The notes below the pieces were generated by a model. It was not told the origin of the DNA, did not search any database, and saw only the letters and a program-made list of their open reading frames with translations. A stretch of 64,000 nt of DNA, taken from assembly GCA_052426225.1 (NCBI GenBank), contig JBNJNM010000013.1, positions 1,240,001 through 1,304,000 of the forward strand. The letters run 5' to 3'. The translations under genes and the position numbers were made by a program. The stretch's first letter is position 1, and the number at the start of each line of letters is the position of its first letter. Of the stretch, positions 49,737 through 62,302 are shown piece after piece. Source of the DNA: Zancudomyces culisetae HAW-14-8 (Eukaryota > Fungi > Kickxellomycota).

Positions 49737-50561
49737 ATGGGAGAGTCACAAGGGAGTAGCTTAAATGTGTGGTTTTGTCGGCACGGGGAGACACACATCA
49801 ATGCAAAAAACTGTGTTCAGGGTGAACGAATTAACCCGCCTTTGAACGAAAAAGGTCGAACACAGGCGAAATTCCTCGGGGAACACATGAAGAAACAAAA
49901 TGTAGATTTTTTGGTTGCGTCAATATCCGAGAGAGCCGTAGAAACTGCAGGACAGGTGAAAAAACACTTTTCTGAGATTCCGTACAGCGAGTATAAAGAG
50001 CTTGTTGAACTAAGATTTGGAGATCTTGAGGGCACACACTTGAGTCAGGGATACTCTGAATGTATTAGATTGTGGGACTACGAACATCAAATTGACCTGA
50101 GAGCACCAGGTGAAGAGGGCGAATCGCCATTCTCTTGCTTAGTACGCTCTCTGCCCACCGTAAAGGCAATTATCGCGGAAGGTTTTAGTAAAGGATACAA
50201 AGATATTGTGATAGTCATCCACTCCAGGCTGATACAAATACTACTATCATACATACTTGACCGCAACTTGGATAACATGTTGAAGTACAAGCAAGGAAAA
50301 GCAGCGATCAATATCATTGAAGTCATAAAAACGGAGGTTGCTGAGACCTTGTCTGAGGGAGAGGAGGGGGATGGTAAAGCTGGTAAAACTGGTCATGGGT
50401 TTGACGTTGATGGTGAGCTGGAGACAATTGACTTTTTTTCAGGAGGAAAAATAACTTGTGTGCCTAAACTGATCAATTTCTTGGAACATATACCTGAAGA
50501 TTTTATTTCTAGTGCATATGATCCGACAGTTCAGTGTGATACGATCGTTACCCGTACTTAG
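49737..50561 (+). CDS. Histidine phosphatase / phosphoglycerate mutase family protein
   Basis: RHGET, PLNEKGRTQA, RAVETA, ELRFGDLEG, GES, VIH motifs. Confidence 0.9.
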   Translation: MGESQGSSLNVWFCRHGETHINAKNCVQGERINPPLNEKGRTQAKFLGEHMKKQNVDFLVASISERAVETAGQVKKHFSEIPYSEYKELVELRFGDLEGTHLSQGYSECIRLWDYEHQIDLRAPGEEGESPFSCLVRSLPTVKAIIAEGFSKGYKDIVIVIHSRLIQILLSYILDRNLDNMLKYKQGKAAINIIEVIKTEVAETLSEGEEGDGKAGKTGHGFDVDGELETIDFFSGGKITCVPKLINFLEHIPEDFISSAYDPTVQCDTIVTRT

Positions 50562-52702
50562 TTTTCTTTGGTATTATTTATTATAGGGTACTGATAGAAA
50601 ACAAATGGAAAGAAATGCTATTTGAATAGGGAAGTATATAAAATTTTTAATTTATTTATTAGAAAATTTGTAATTACTTGATGGGTATAACTAGCTGCTT
50701 AATTAAACCGAAGCATTTCTTGGTATTTGGGATATGGATGTGTGATTATAGAATGGTGGAATGGTGGAGGGGAGGAGGGTGGATTGTGGCGTAACTCAGA
50801 GTACACAAGTTATAAAAGTGGTTTATGCATTTTAATAATTTTGCTTTAACAGCGAGATTAAAACGACAACCTCAGACAGTTACAGATGTTTCCAGATTAT
50901 GTAAATGCGTAAATAGGCAAAACTCTCAAATACAAATCTATGTAAAATATGTATACGAGATATAATAATTGCCTTTTGTGGGTAATTTTGTGTTCATTCT
51001 TGACTTTATATCTTGAGACATATACCAACAACAATTAGGTAGTAGCCAAGAATGCAAAGAGCAATACAAAACTGGGCTGCTCATAGTTACAATGAGTACG
51101 GAAAAAGTATGGTCCAAACAAATAGTGTTTAAATAATTAATGTAATTACTCTTATTTGCTATGGGAAAAAAGAAAATATGGTGGGAAGGTATATACGAGG
51201 GTTTGTACTTTGGGGTGTGTGTGTGTGTGTGTGTTGATACTCGATAATATATTTCTAATTCATTTCATTTCATTTTTATTTGAAAAAAAAGAAAGGTTTG
51301 GATTTGGGCATGTTGAAATTTAGCAAAATTACAAAATGGTGCAAGAAGTACAAGAATGCACAAGGGGAGGTTGGGTAAAGGGAGGTTAGAGTGGGGGGGG
51401 AGGAGGAGGAGGGGGTATGATGGATGATTTTGGTTCATTGAGTCAAAAGTGGCAGCATTTTGCCGACTTTTCAATAATTTGACATAATAAATGACTGAGT
51501 ACGAATACTGGGATATTGTTTTAATATCGGATATATCAAAAAAAAGAATAGATATAAAGTAAGACTCGTTTCCCCAACATATTTAGAAGTTGGGAAATAC
51601 AAAAACCACATGATCTGGCAAAAAGTTGTGAAGGCTAAATTTGGTTTTATCCTTGTTTTTAGGTGCAATCCCTAAAGAAAAGTAAAGAGAAGTAAAGAGA
51701 GGTAAAGTAGAGCGTGGTTGATCCAACTGGAAAATTCAATGTGTGTTTAAAGTATAGAGGTTTAGAGTAACTAGGCTTTTGCATTTACAAATTTGGGCTG
51801 GTAATCCCAAAATTGAGGCAAAAAAAAACACAAAAAAGTCAATAAACCAAAAGTATATAGGGTTTATTTTAATTTCGAATTCAGAGTAGAAAGAGAATTA
51901 ATGTACCGACAGGTAATAAGTTTGAAAAACAAAAAAATAAAATAAAATAAAAATTAAAAAAATAAAATAATCCAACAAAATATCAAAGTTTTTAAAGGTT
52001 TCATTTATTAACTAATGGCAATAAATAATTGCAAATTATTTACCGAATCTGACGGTAATTATCACTACTTTTATTTGGAATGTCTCACATTACTGTGGCA
52101 GTAAACAAATAAGTAAATAAATTTTTTTATATTATTACAAACCACAATGAAATAAAAGAGCTAGGGAATGATATTTAAAAGTATCAAGAGTTTTTGGCAA
52201 GAACAATATACATTTATAAATATTTTGGAAATAGATTCAACCAGCATCCCAATATTTACACTGTTATATACTAGCCTTGAACACCAAAAAAAAAAAAAAA
52301 CTAAAAAAAAAAGACAAGCAAACAATCAAAACAATCAAGATTTTTTACAAGGCGAAAAAGTGTATAGGAACGAACGAGCATTAAAATTTAGAGTAAAAAA
52401 AGAAATATACATATAATATAAAAAATTAAAAAAAAGTAAATCCATAAGCTCAACTGTAGGAATACATATAAATCTACGGACGGATAAAAGAGATAGAATT
52501 TTATGAAAGAGGAGAAAGCGAGGAAATACTTTGATTTAAATTTAGTTTGAAATGGAAATCTGAAAAAAAGCTAATAAAAAAAAAAGTATTAATTACACAG
52601 ATCAGAATCTATTTAACTTGGAAGGACGAAAAAAAAAGTAAAGAAAAGGAAGAGAAATAAAGGAAAAAAGAGAGAGGAGGAGTTGGGAAAGGTAAAAAGA
52701 AA

Positions 52703-55700
52703 ATGTCACAGGGAAACAACATCAAGGTTGTTGCGAGGTTTCGACCGCAAAATTCGATAGAAATACGGGAGGGAGGAGAGCCGATAATAGAAGTGGTTGA
52801 AGATCATACAGTCGCTATAAAGGTACGTTTGAAGTATAAATTGTTATTATAATAATTGCAATTTTATTAGAAAAAAGGGAACAATAGTAATAATGTATAA
52901 ATTATTGTTAGAGTGAGGATGGACCCTCATCGTTTACATTTGATAGGGTGTTTGGAATGGATACATCGCAGTTAGATTTGTATGAGTATTCGATTGTTCA
53001 AACATTAGAAGGTAAATAACAGCAGAAGTAGCAGTATCAATATAATTAAAGGATTGGGAGCAGGGGTTTGAAATTAACAAATATAAGGATTAAAACCAAA
53101 ACCGGTGGAAAAAAAAAATAGATGTCTTTAACGGGTATAACGGTACGGTGTTTGCGTATGGACAGACGGGGTCAGGAAAGACATATACAATGATGGGATC
53201 AGATATAGAGGATGAAAACGGTAAAGGAGTTATACCACGGATAGTGGAGGGGATATTTGGGACGATTATGGAATCACCGGCTACAGTTGAATATATAGTG
53301 AAAGTATCGTATATGGAAATATATATGGAGAAGATTCGAGACTTGTTGAATCGTAAGTAAAAAGAAATATTAAAAGAAATAAAAATAGAGTAAAATAGAA
53401 TAGAATAAAATAAAATAAATAAATATTAAAATAAACAAAAATAGCGAGTAGCGATAATCTACAGGTTCATGAGGAGAAATCAGTGGGGGTATATGTAAAG
53501 GGGTTGATGGAGGTATTTGTAGGAAGTGTGGAGGAGGTATATGATACAATGAAGCAAGGGGCAAAGAGTCGAGTGGTGGCGTATACAAACATGAATGCAG
53601 AAAGTAGTAGAAGTCATTCGATATTTCAAATTACGATTCATCAAAAGAACACGGTAGATGGCAAAACAAAAATAGGAAGATTGAGTTTGGTGGATTTGGC
53701 AGGGTCGGAGAAGGTGGGAAAGACAGGAGCATCAGGGCAGACGTTGGAGGAGGCCAAGAAGATAAACAAGTCGTTGTCAGCACTTGGGATGGTAATCAAT
53801 GCGCTTACAGACGGCAAATCATCGCATATTCCGTATCGAGACAGCAAGCTGACACGAATATTACAAGAGTCGTTGGGAGGAAATAGCAGAACAACGCTGA
53901 TTATCAATTGTTCGCCATCGTCGTATAATGCAGCAGAAACGGTAAGCACGCTGCGGTTTGGAACACGTGCCAAGAGTATAACGAACAAGGCGATGGTGAA
54001 TGCGCTGTTGGGGCCTGAGGAGTTGAAGGCAATGATTAAAAAACTAAATGCACGGATTGTCAACTACTGTACTTATATAACGTCACTGGAAATAGAAATA
54101 AAGACGTGGCGAAGTGGCGTTGTGGTTGCGCAGGATGAACAGGTAGTGTTGCAAGATATAACAGACCATCGACATCAGCAACAACAACAGCAACAACAAC
54201 AACAGCGAAAACAACCACAAAAGCATGATTCTATACAAACTCAAACTCAAACTCAAACTCAAAGAGACCGGCCGTCATCGAAATCACAGCGAATGACAAC
54301 CAAAAGAATTTCTCAGACTGTACAAAGCCGGTCTTCAAGTCCTCAGACATTTTCCGAATCACGATCATCACTGGTATCACCTGATCCTACAGCTTCGATT
54401 TCGTCACTGGACGGATCGATGGCAGACTTGACGTTGGGATCGGTGACACCCGATTCGCTCAGTGACGATGAGAAAGAAGGCTTCTTGAAGCGCGAAAACG
54501 AAATGTCGGACATGTTGGATGAAAAGGAGCAGCAACTCAAGCAGCAAATGACTGAAAACGAACAGCTGGGAAACCAAGTCGATGTGTTGAGTAAAGAACT
54601 TGATAAAGCAATTTTGAAAAACGAAGCTTTAGTTTCCGAGCTTTCTCAACTACAACTTGATAAAGAGCGTTCAGATTTTAGTCTCAAAGAAGCCCAGCTG
54701 ACCATAGATAGCCTATCGAGTACATGTGAATCTCTGAAAACCCAATACGATGAACTCAAACAAGAACAGGCTCAGGCTCAAACTCAAACTCAAACTCAGA
54801 CTCAGCAATCAACTGATTCGGGAATGCTTTCCCAGCTACAGACCCAAAACCTAGAACTAGCTCGCAAATACTCTGACCTTGAGCAGCAACATAACAAGCT
54901 GATGGCTGAATACGAAGAGTTCTTGGAGAAAAGCATAGCTGCTGATGAGGCCCAATCCTCTCTCGAGTCCAAGCAAGTTAGTGAAGTCAGTAAGCGGCTG
55001 GAACTGCAGTATTCTGCTCGTATTGACCACCAAACTAAAAGGATTTCTGAGTTGCTTTCTCAACAAAAACAAACCTCCGAATCTGTTTCCTCTCTCAACG
55101 CTACACTACAGGAAAACTCAGTTACCATTTCTTCATTAGAGGCCAAAAACAAATCACTTAAAGCCGAACTTGAAGCTGCTCGCCTAGCTGCTCAAACTGC
55201 CCAGGCTGCCTATGCTTCCATTCAAGCCTCTCACAACGCCTCCACCATCTCTACACCCACATCTACATCTACACCTACTTCTGCTACCGCTACTGTTCCT
55301 GCTACTGTTCCTGCTGCTGCTTCTCCCAACGATTCCACTGCTAATCCTACAAACCTTGCTGTTACAAACAAGCGCATGACTCAGCGACTAGCCGAATTTG
55401 AGTCGATGCGTCGGTCGCTCATGCGCGATGTCCAGAACCGTTGCGAGAAAATCATCGAGTTGGAAATGACTCTTGACGAAATGCGTGAACAAAACGCTTC
55501 GTTGCAAAAGAGTTTGGACGACAAATCCTCAACTTCTGCCTTACAGCCAACTGCTATTCTGGAAAAGAATCTTACCCAACTAACTCAAATGCAAAAAGAT
55601 CTTGTGGTTCAAAACTCCAATTTGAAACAACTCAATGCTCTCAACGAGCGCAAACTTGAGGGTCGTGCTCAGCGTATCGAGTCCTTAGAACAGCGTTTGG

Positions 55701-56002
55701 AAACCATTACTAATAACTACGAGGCTACCAAACGTGTTGTTGAAGATCTTCGAGCCCAGCTGATGATCCGCGGACTTAACAATGCCTCCAATGCCTCCTC
55801 TGGTGTCAATGGTATCAATGGAATTGGTTCTGATGGGAATCCTGCTTCATCTCTTTATAAATATGCAAAGATTGTAAAACCAATTAGAGGTGGTGGTGGT
55901 GGTGGTTCCAATACTGATGGTAATCTTTCTCTTACTTCCCTTGTTACAAACCCAACTACTACAACTCCTGCTCCTACCAAAAAGTTGTGGTTAAGGTGGT
56001 AA
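52703..56002 (+). CDS. Kinesin-1 heavy chain, 4 exons, 1002 aa
   Basis: Exons 52703-52822, 52912-53011, 53122-53352, 53445-56002. [29 protein letters not shown], coiled coil, RDVQNRCEK, tail IVKPIRGGG (IAK-type autoinhibition motif). Confidence 0.97.
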
Positions 56003-56636
56003 GAATTATAAAATAAAGATTACTACTTTTTGGTTTGGTTTGGTTTATATTATCCGTTTTATAAATTTCTCGAGCTATATATATTATTTCATTATGAAGA
56101 AAAAAAAAAAGAATCAAACTTTTATATTTGTTTAATACATTTTTTTTTTTCATAAATATATGTGAATGTGTAGATACATTTACATGTATATTTATATTTA
56201 TATTTATAATTATATGAACATTATATGAACATTATCACTTCATTATTATTATTAGTATTTTTTTGCTAACGTCAAAACATTTAATACTGAAAAGCACTTA
56301 TAATAAATAAATATATACAAACTCTAGGTGCAATTTGTCGGAAATTAAAATAAAAGCAACAAAAACAACATAAACAACAAAAAAAAAATGGTATAAAAAT
56401 CATGAAACCATCTCCTTCTTTCCTATCTCTTTTTCTCGCACCACCTTCCCGCAATTCCTATATGTAATTAAAATAATTAAAATAAAATAAAACTGCAAGT
56501 CGGAGTTTCTCTCTCTCTCTCTTTTTTTTTTCTTTTTTTTTCCACACAATTAATATATATTTCCAATTACAGTTAAAAGCAAAAATTTTAAAAGAAAAAA
56601 GTTAAAAGAAACAAGGAATTCAAACCAGTACATCCA

Positions 56637-58711
56637 ATGTACACAAAACTGAATAATACCAAAGCGTTTCGCATTTCACTGCGAAACGTCTACTCCAAAT
56701 ATACCAACTCCAGTACTAGAACCAGAACCAGTACTAGAACCAGGACACCAAAACCCAACTTGGCGGACAATATATCGAAACCTTCTACCATGCCACTTTC
56801 TGTGTCGATGAGTACCAGGTACTTTCATCATGACACAGTTGGTGCCACGGACGGGAGACCGCCGACTCATACTCATACTCATACTCATACGCCGATTTTG
56901 AATGGGGATGAAGAGTCTTTAGCCACAACGACTGCACGAAGCGAACTGCTTATCAATGACACAAAGATTTTGGTCAAGGTAAGAATATTTTTGATTGGTC
57001 AGCTTTGGTTTTTACAGGTTTGGAAGGTTGGGAAAACAAGTGAAAAGATAGAATGGAGAACGGAGAGGATTAGTGAGCTTTAATTCTAAACTTTCACAAT
57101 ATTTACTTTATAACCTCCCTCTCCCCTCACCCTTCCTCCCACCTTCCTCCCTCCTATTTCTCACTTTCATTTAATTATATATATATATATATATATCTGT
57201 GTGTATAAACTAGATTTAACAATCAAATATAAAATAAATAGTATGCAAACGACAACCAAAACAAACTCAATTTGTACCAACTAACAAACCTTAAAGATCT
57301 CGACACACTCTCAAAAAGTGAACTCGAAAAGGAGCTACAGTTATATTCCCGACGAATCAACCGGACGCTGCTTGTCAAGCTTGCCAAGCAACTCGTTGAA
57401 TTTCACAACCTCCCGCTTATTGTTGGACTCAACCCATCGCTCCTAAAGATCTACACCGTTTTGTATACCAAATTCGAGCTTTTTCGTGCCGCATACAGCC
57501 GCAATACGGGATCGCATCCGTTCGGCCCAGAACTGTTGAGCGATATCCCTCTAATCACTGGCCTGGCTCACGAAGGCATATCCCATGTCGTCAGCCGCTA
57601 CTACAATCTTGGCACTAATGCCACAAACGAAAGTGACCACGAGCATCATTATGGCAATACCCACTCTGGCACTGTCACTGGTACTGGTACTGGTGTTGGT
57701 GATTTACGAAAGTTGCAGCAGTTTGTTGACCATTTGATGCATACCAAGCTTGGTGTAACATTTTTGTGTTCTTTCCATGATTATTTTATATGTAATTTTA
57801 TAGACAATATCAAAAACAACAGCAATAGTAACAACAGCAATAGAAACAATAATAATATTAACAATAACGATGATGATGATGGTATTAAATTATCAAAAAA
57901 ACCTACGAATAAAACTACAGCTACAACTACAACTACAGCTACAACAGAAATATTAAAAAATGATGAAAATGTAGTAGAAAAAAGTATGGACAAACAAAAA
58001 GACGCAGGCGAGTGGGTTGGTTCATTCCATACCAAAATCAACTTATCACAATTCATCCAAAGCTGCTGCTCAGTTGTAGAAAAAATGTGCATGGATCTCT
58101 ATTCAATGGCACCAAAAGTCTCCATCATCGACACTCAAAACATCACCATGTGCTATCTACCAAACCACCTTGAATACATGCTGATTGAACTGCTCAAAAA
58201 CGCCTTTCGCGCCACCTGCGAAGTCTACATTCTCAACCCTGAACACGCTGCTACTGATCCTTCAAGCTCCTTCACAAATACTGACAGCGACACATTATCC
58301 TTCACCACCGAATCGGATACAAACAACATCCAATCCATACCTTTTCCCGCCATCTCAATCACTCTTTCCGCCGACTCGCAATTCGTTGGAATCAAAATAA
58401 GCGACCAAGGCGGCGGAATTGGACCAAAGACAACCGTATCAAAAGTCTTTGAATATTCTTTCTCGACTTACCAAGACTCTTCAGAAACCCTGTTTTCTGA
58501 CGCTGCTCCTCTTGGCATGATGGACCAAACCAGTTCGTTACCCTCATCTCAGCTGGCTGGCATGGGATTCGGACTACCCCTGACCAGACTCTACGCTCAG
58601 TACCTTGGCGGCTCGTTGGACCTCGTCTCAATGAATGGCCTTGGCTGTGATGTCTTTCTCAAGCTGCCCATTATCGATCTACACAATCCTTCCCTAGATA
58701 TTTATGTTTAA
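56637..58711 (+). CDS. Mitochondrial alpha-ketoacid dehydrogenase kinase (PDK/BCKDK family), 2 exons, 603 aa
   Basis: Exons 56637-56978 and 57242-58711. Presequence, GHKL boxes ELLKNAFRA, DQGGGI, FEYSFST, AGMGFGLPLTRLYAQYLGG. Confidence 0.92.
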
Positions 58712-60885
58712 TTTTCTTTTTCTTTTTCTTTTTCTTTTTCTTTTTCTTCCTTCGTTATTGTTATTGTTGTTTTTGATTTTAGAGCCCCAAACACTTGTCG
58801 TTTAACACTTTGCACTCTCAATCGTGTTGCAAATACATTGTATACATAATTCCTCGCCCATACCCGCGCTGCTGCATATCGAATTCGCTTAAACCCTCTC
58901 CTCTTTATCTTGTTCTCCCATAGCTTATCTGCCAACTCCTCGCGCCCCAGCTCTACTTTCCCCAGCTCTACTTTCCCCCGCTCCTGTTGCCCTATCCTTT
59001 TTTTTGCCTCTTTTTCCCTTCTTGTCCTGTATACAATTAAAAAGAATGCCTTTCTCAGTATTTTTTTGGTTCTAAACATGTCTGCTATATATTCTTGAAT
59101 ACTCTCATTTCTATCCTCTCCCTGCGATCCCTTGTCTACTTCACCCAATCCCTCACTACTCACTACACTCGAAACTTCAATGTCCTCCCTACTCACTACC
59201 TGTGTCATCAGTGACTGCTCAAACATATCTAAATCCCCAAAAGAATCTTTTTCAAGCTGTAATCCAACATCAATCTCCTTTACTTTCTCGCTCGCCCCTC
59301 TTTTCATCTCGCTACTATCTTCACTCTCATATTCTTCCTCATCGCTATCACCTATACTGCCATTGTTCTCACTGCTCTCGCTGCTCTGGTAGTATATTCT
59401 GGTTTCTACTACAGGATTTATGTTGATTTTGGTTTTTCTGTTCTCATCTATCTGCTCGCTTTTCCCCTCAATCTCTGCTTGCCCGTCTCTCTGTTCTACC
59501 CTTTCCATCTCTTCATACTCTCTATCTAGTTCCTCAATCATTTCTTCTGTCGATTGCATCCCCATTATCCTTCTTTTCAACTGCTTTCCTGTTCTAAATA
59601 CATTGGCCTGTTCCTTCATCTTTTTTATCCTATCACTTTTCCCCCTCAGTTCCCTTAATACCCGCAGCCGTATTTTATCTTGTAATACCCTTACCTTGTC
59701 ATTGTATTCTTTTGTTACCGACTTTACCTTGCTCTGCCACCCGCTCAGTATCAGTCGTACTATTTCCTGCTCGCTTGCACTGTAAACATCTATACTCTTT
59801 CGTTCCACCAATCTGCTCTTCCTCTTTTGTTTTATCTGCTGTTTGATTTCTCTAATCACCTTTTCTTTTAACTTTTTTTTTGCAAACCTCTCGGCCACTT
59901 CATTGTTCCCCTTTTCCTCTCTTTCTCTTTCTCTTTCTCTTTCTCTTTCTCTTTCTCTTTCTCTTTCTCTTTCTCTTTCTCTTTCTCTTTCTCTTTCTCT
60001 TTCTCTTTCTCTTTCTCTTTCTTCCTCCTCTATTTCTCTAATATTACCACTTTTCCTCCTTCCAAGCTCAAAGGCCCCCTGTATAAGCCCTTCTATCAAT
60101 TTCCTTTTAATCTTTACATTATATATCTCTTCTGACACCTTCTCGTTCCTTCTCATCCGGCACAAAAGCCCCCTATACTTGTTTAGCACCTTCTTTTCTG
60201 TATTAAGCTTCAACATCTCTCTCATCTGCACGCTCTTTCTTATTAATGCCTCCTCATATTCATTATCGCTATCTTCCCTCCCCCTTCCTACTCCCCCGAA
60301 ATCATTCTCGCTCTCCACCACTCCAAAATCTTCCGTTCCTCTCTGCACACTTGTCCCTTCATTATTCTTCCACGTCTCATCCCTTCTGTCCGTTTTTAAG
60401 ACGTCAGCCCCCCTATCCTTATACCCAAGTTGATTTTTTATGCGATACTTTCTCTTCATCTCCTCAAGTAGTTTATACGAAGATTCATATTCATGAGCTT
60501 TCACTCTTCTCACATCAACTCCGCTCGCCTCGTCTATCTCCTCTTTTCTATATACACATCTCCCTTTTTCCTTTCCATCTCCTTTTTCTTCGTCAACTCC
60601 CAGTATATCTCTATTTTCAATCAACTTTTCAACCAACCGCGTTCGCCAAACACCCAAACTCTTCCTTAATCGACACTTGATATCTAATCGAACCGCCTCA
60701 TACCAACTCTGTATTAGTTTTGTCCGTTTGCTTGCTCGCAGACTTTCTCTCGAGCTATTTTATTTCATATTATTATTTCAATTGTTATTCTATTCCCCTC
60801 CCTCATCAATCAACCTGCGCCACCTCCCCCCCATTTTTTTAATATATATTACTTACACTCCTTTGTTAATGTAGTCCATTGACAT
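58708..60885 (-). CDS. Charged helical protein with degenerate Sfi1-like centrin-binding repeats, 2 exons, 691 aa
   Basis: Exon 1 60885-60857 (MSMDYINKG, GTAAGT donor) joins exon 2 60754-58708 in phase. A-x7-LL-x3-F/L-x2-W-like units: AVRLDIKCRLRKSLGVW, ADMFRTKKILRKAFFLI, ADKLWENKIKRRGFKRI. Confidence 0.6.
59918..60021. repeat. (CTTTCT)n coding microsatellite giving (RE)n
   Basis: About 17 near-perfect hexamer copies inside the minus-strand CDS. Confidence 0.95.
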
Positions 60886-61728
60886 TATGCCTCTTTGTAT
60901 AAATAAATCTATTATAAATTTACGTTTTTCGCTATATTACTTTGCCAATATAGTAAAGCTATGACTATCATTTACATATGTCCAGGGTTTATAATTATAT
61001 CAAACATTTCGATTCTTGACATCTGTATAAATATAAATATATATATTATATATATTTCAACTTACTGTTATCACTTTGTCGATACTCTACTGCCATAATT
61101 CGTTTGGTTTGCTCTTAGTTCAGAGTTAAATATGTCCTACCTTGTGTTCACTAGCTTGGCTAATATGTTTGTATTCTCTTCTAGTTTTAGTTCTTTACTG
61201 ATTTTAATTTTTGTTTTTCTGACCTTTGGTCTTACTGCGGCCACACTGTATACTTAAATATTGTATGTTAAGGTATATGCTTCCTTCCGGTATTTTTTTT
61301 TTACTATCTATTATTTCACTGATTCGGTAGATAGCTTGACATTATAATTTTGTTGAGTATCGTTGATTGACTATTTCTCTCAAATCTCTCTAATTTTAAC
61401 CGCGAATATTGTCTTTACGTTTTTTTTTTTGAAGCACTAGTTAAATATAGTTATTAATTTCACCTGACTGGCTTTGTAATCCCAGCAAGTTGCCAATATA
61501 CTTCGAGTCTTTTATTGTTTGTCCAAGTTTATGCTTTATTCTCGATTGTATGTATTTCTTTAAACTATTTCGCCTTGCACAAATGAAAAAAAAATAATAA
61601 TAAAAAACTTAACAAACACGAACAATTCGTTTTTTTTTACCATTTATTTATTTGCCATCGATTTGTTGATTTGCTTGCCATTATGTTTTCTGATTGATTG
61701 ATTCATTGTAAATAAAATAAATAATAAC

Positions 61729-61767
<39 letters not shown>

Positions 61768-61924
61768 AATATCAATAATAGATGCTTGCGTTTCTCCCCC
61801 CCCCCCCTAACCCTCCCACCTCCACCCACTTTAACCTCAATAATCATCCGAATTGTATATATCAAGAAGTATATAAATTGAGAAACCTTTTTAGTTTCAT
61901 CTCTCTCTTTTCATCTCTCTCTTT

Positions 61925-61955
<31 letters not shown>

Positions 61956-62302
61956 TGTTCCTTTTCCCTCCTTTTCTTTATTTTTCGATATTTACACAAC
62001 TTTAGTTTCACTATTTTTATTTTTATTTTTATTTAGTTTTAAGCGTTCAATTTAAATATTAAAAGATGAAATGATGCAGTATGAATTTGATGTTAATTTG
62101 TTTTCCTAATCAAGCAAAACATAACAAAAATATTAAAAAAAAACCTCTAGCATCACCATTAGGTTTGGTTTAGCTAACACAGTTATCTTTATTTATCATT
62201 ATGCCTTCCTCCTTCTCCTTCTCCTTCTCCTTCTCCTTTTTCCATTCGCCACCACCACCTCTTTTACCTACAAATGTTGTAACAGAGAGATTCGTGGGTA
62301 CA

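Noticed and set aside
59132-60680. Plus-strand Ser/Leu-rich ORFs
   Set aside because: Antisense shadows of the purine-rich minus-strand gene.
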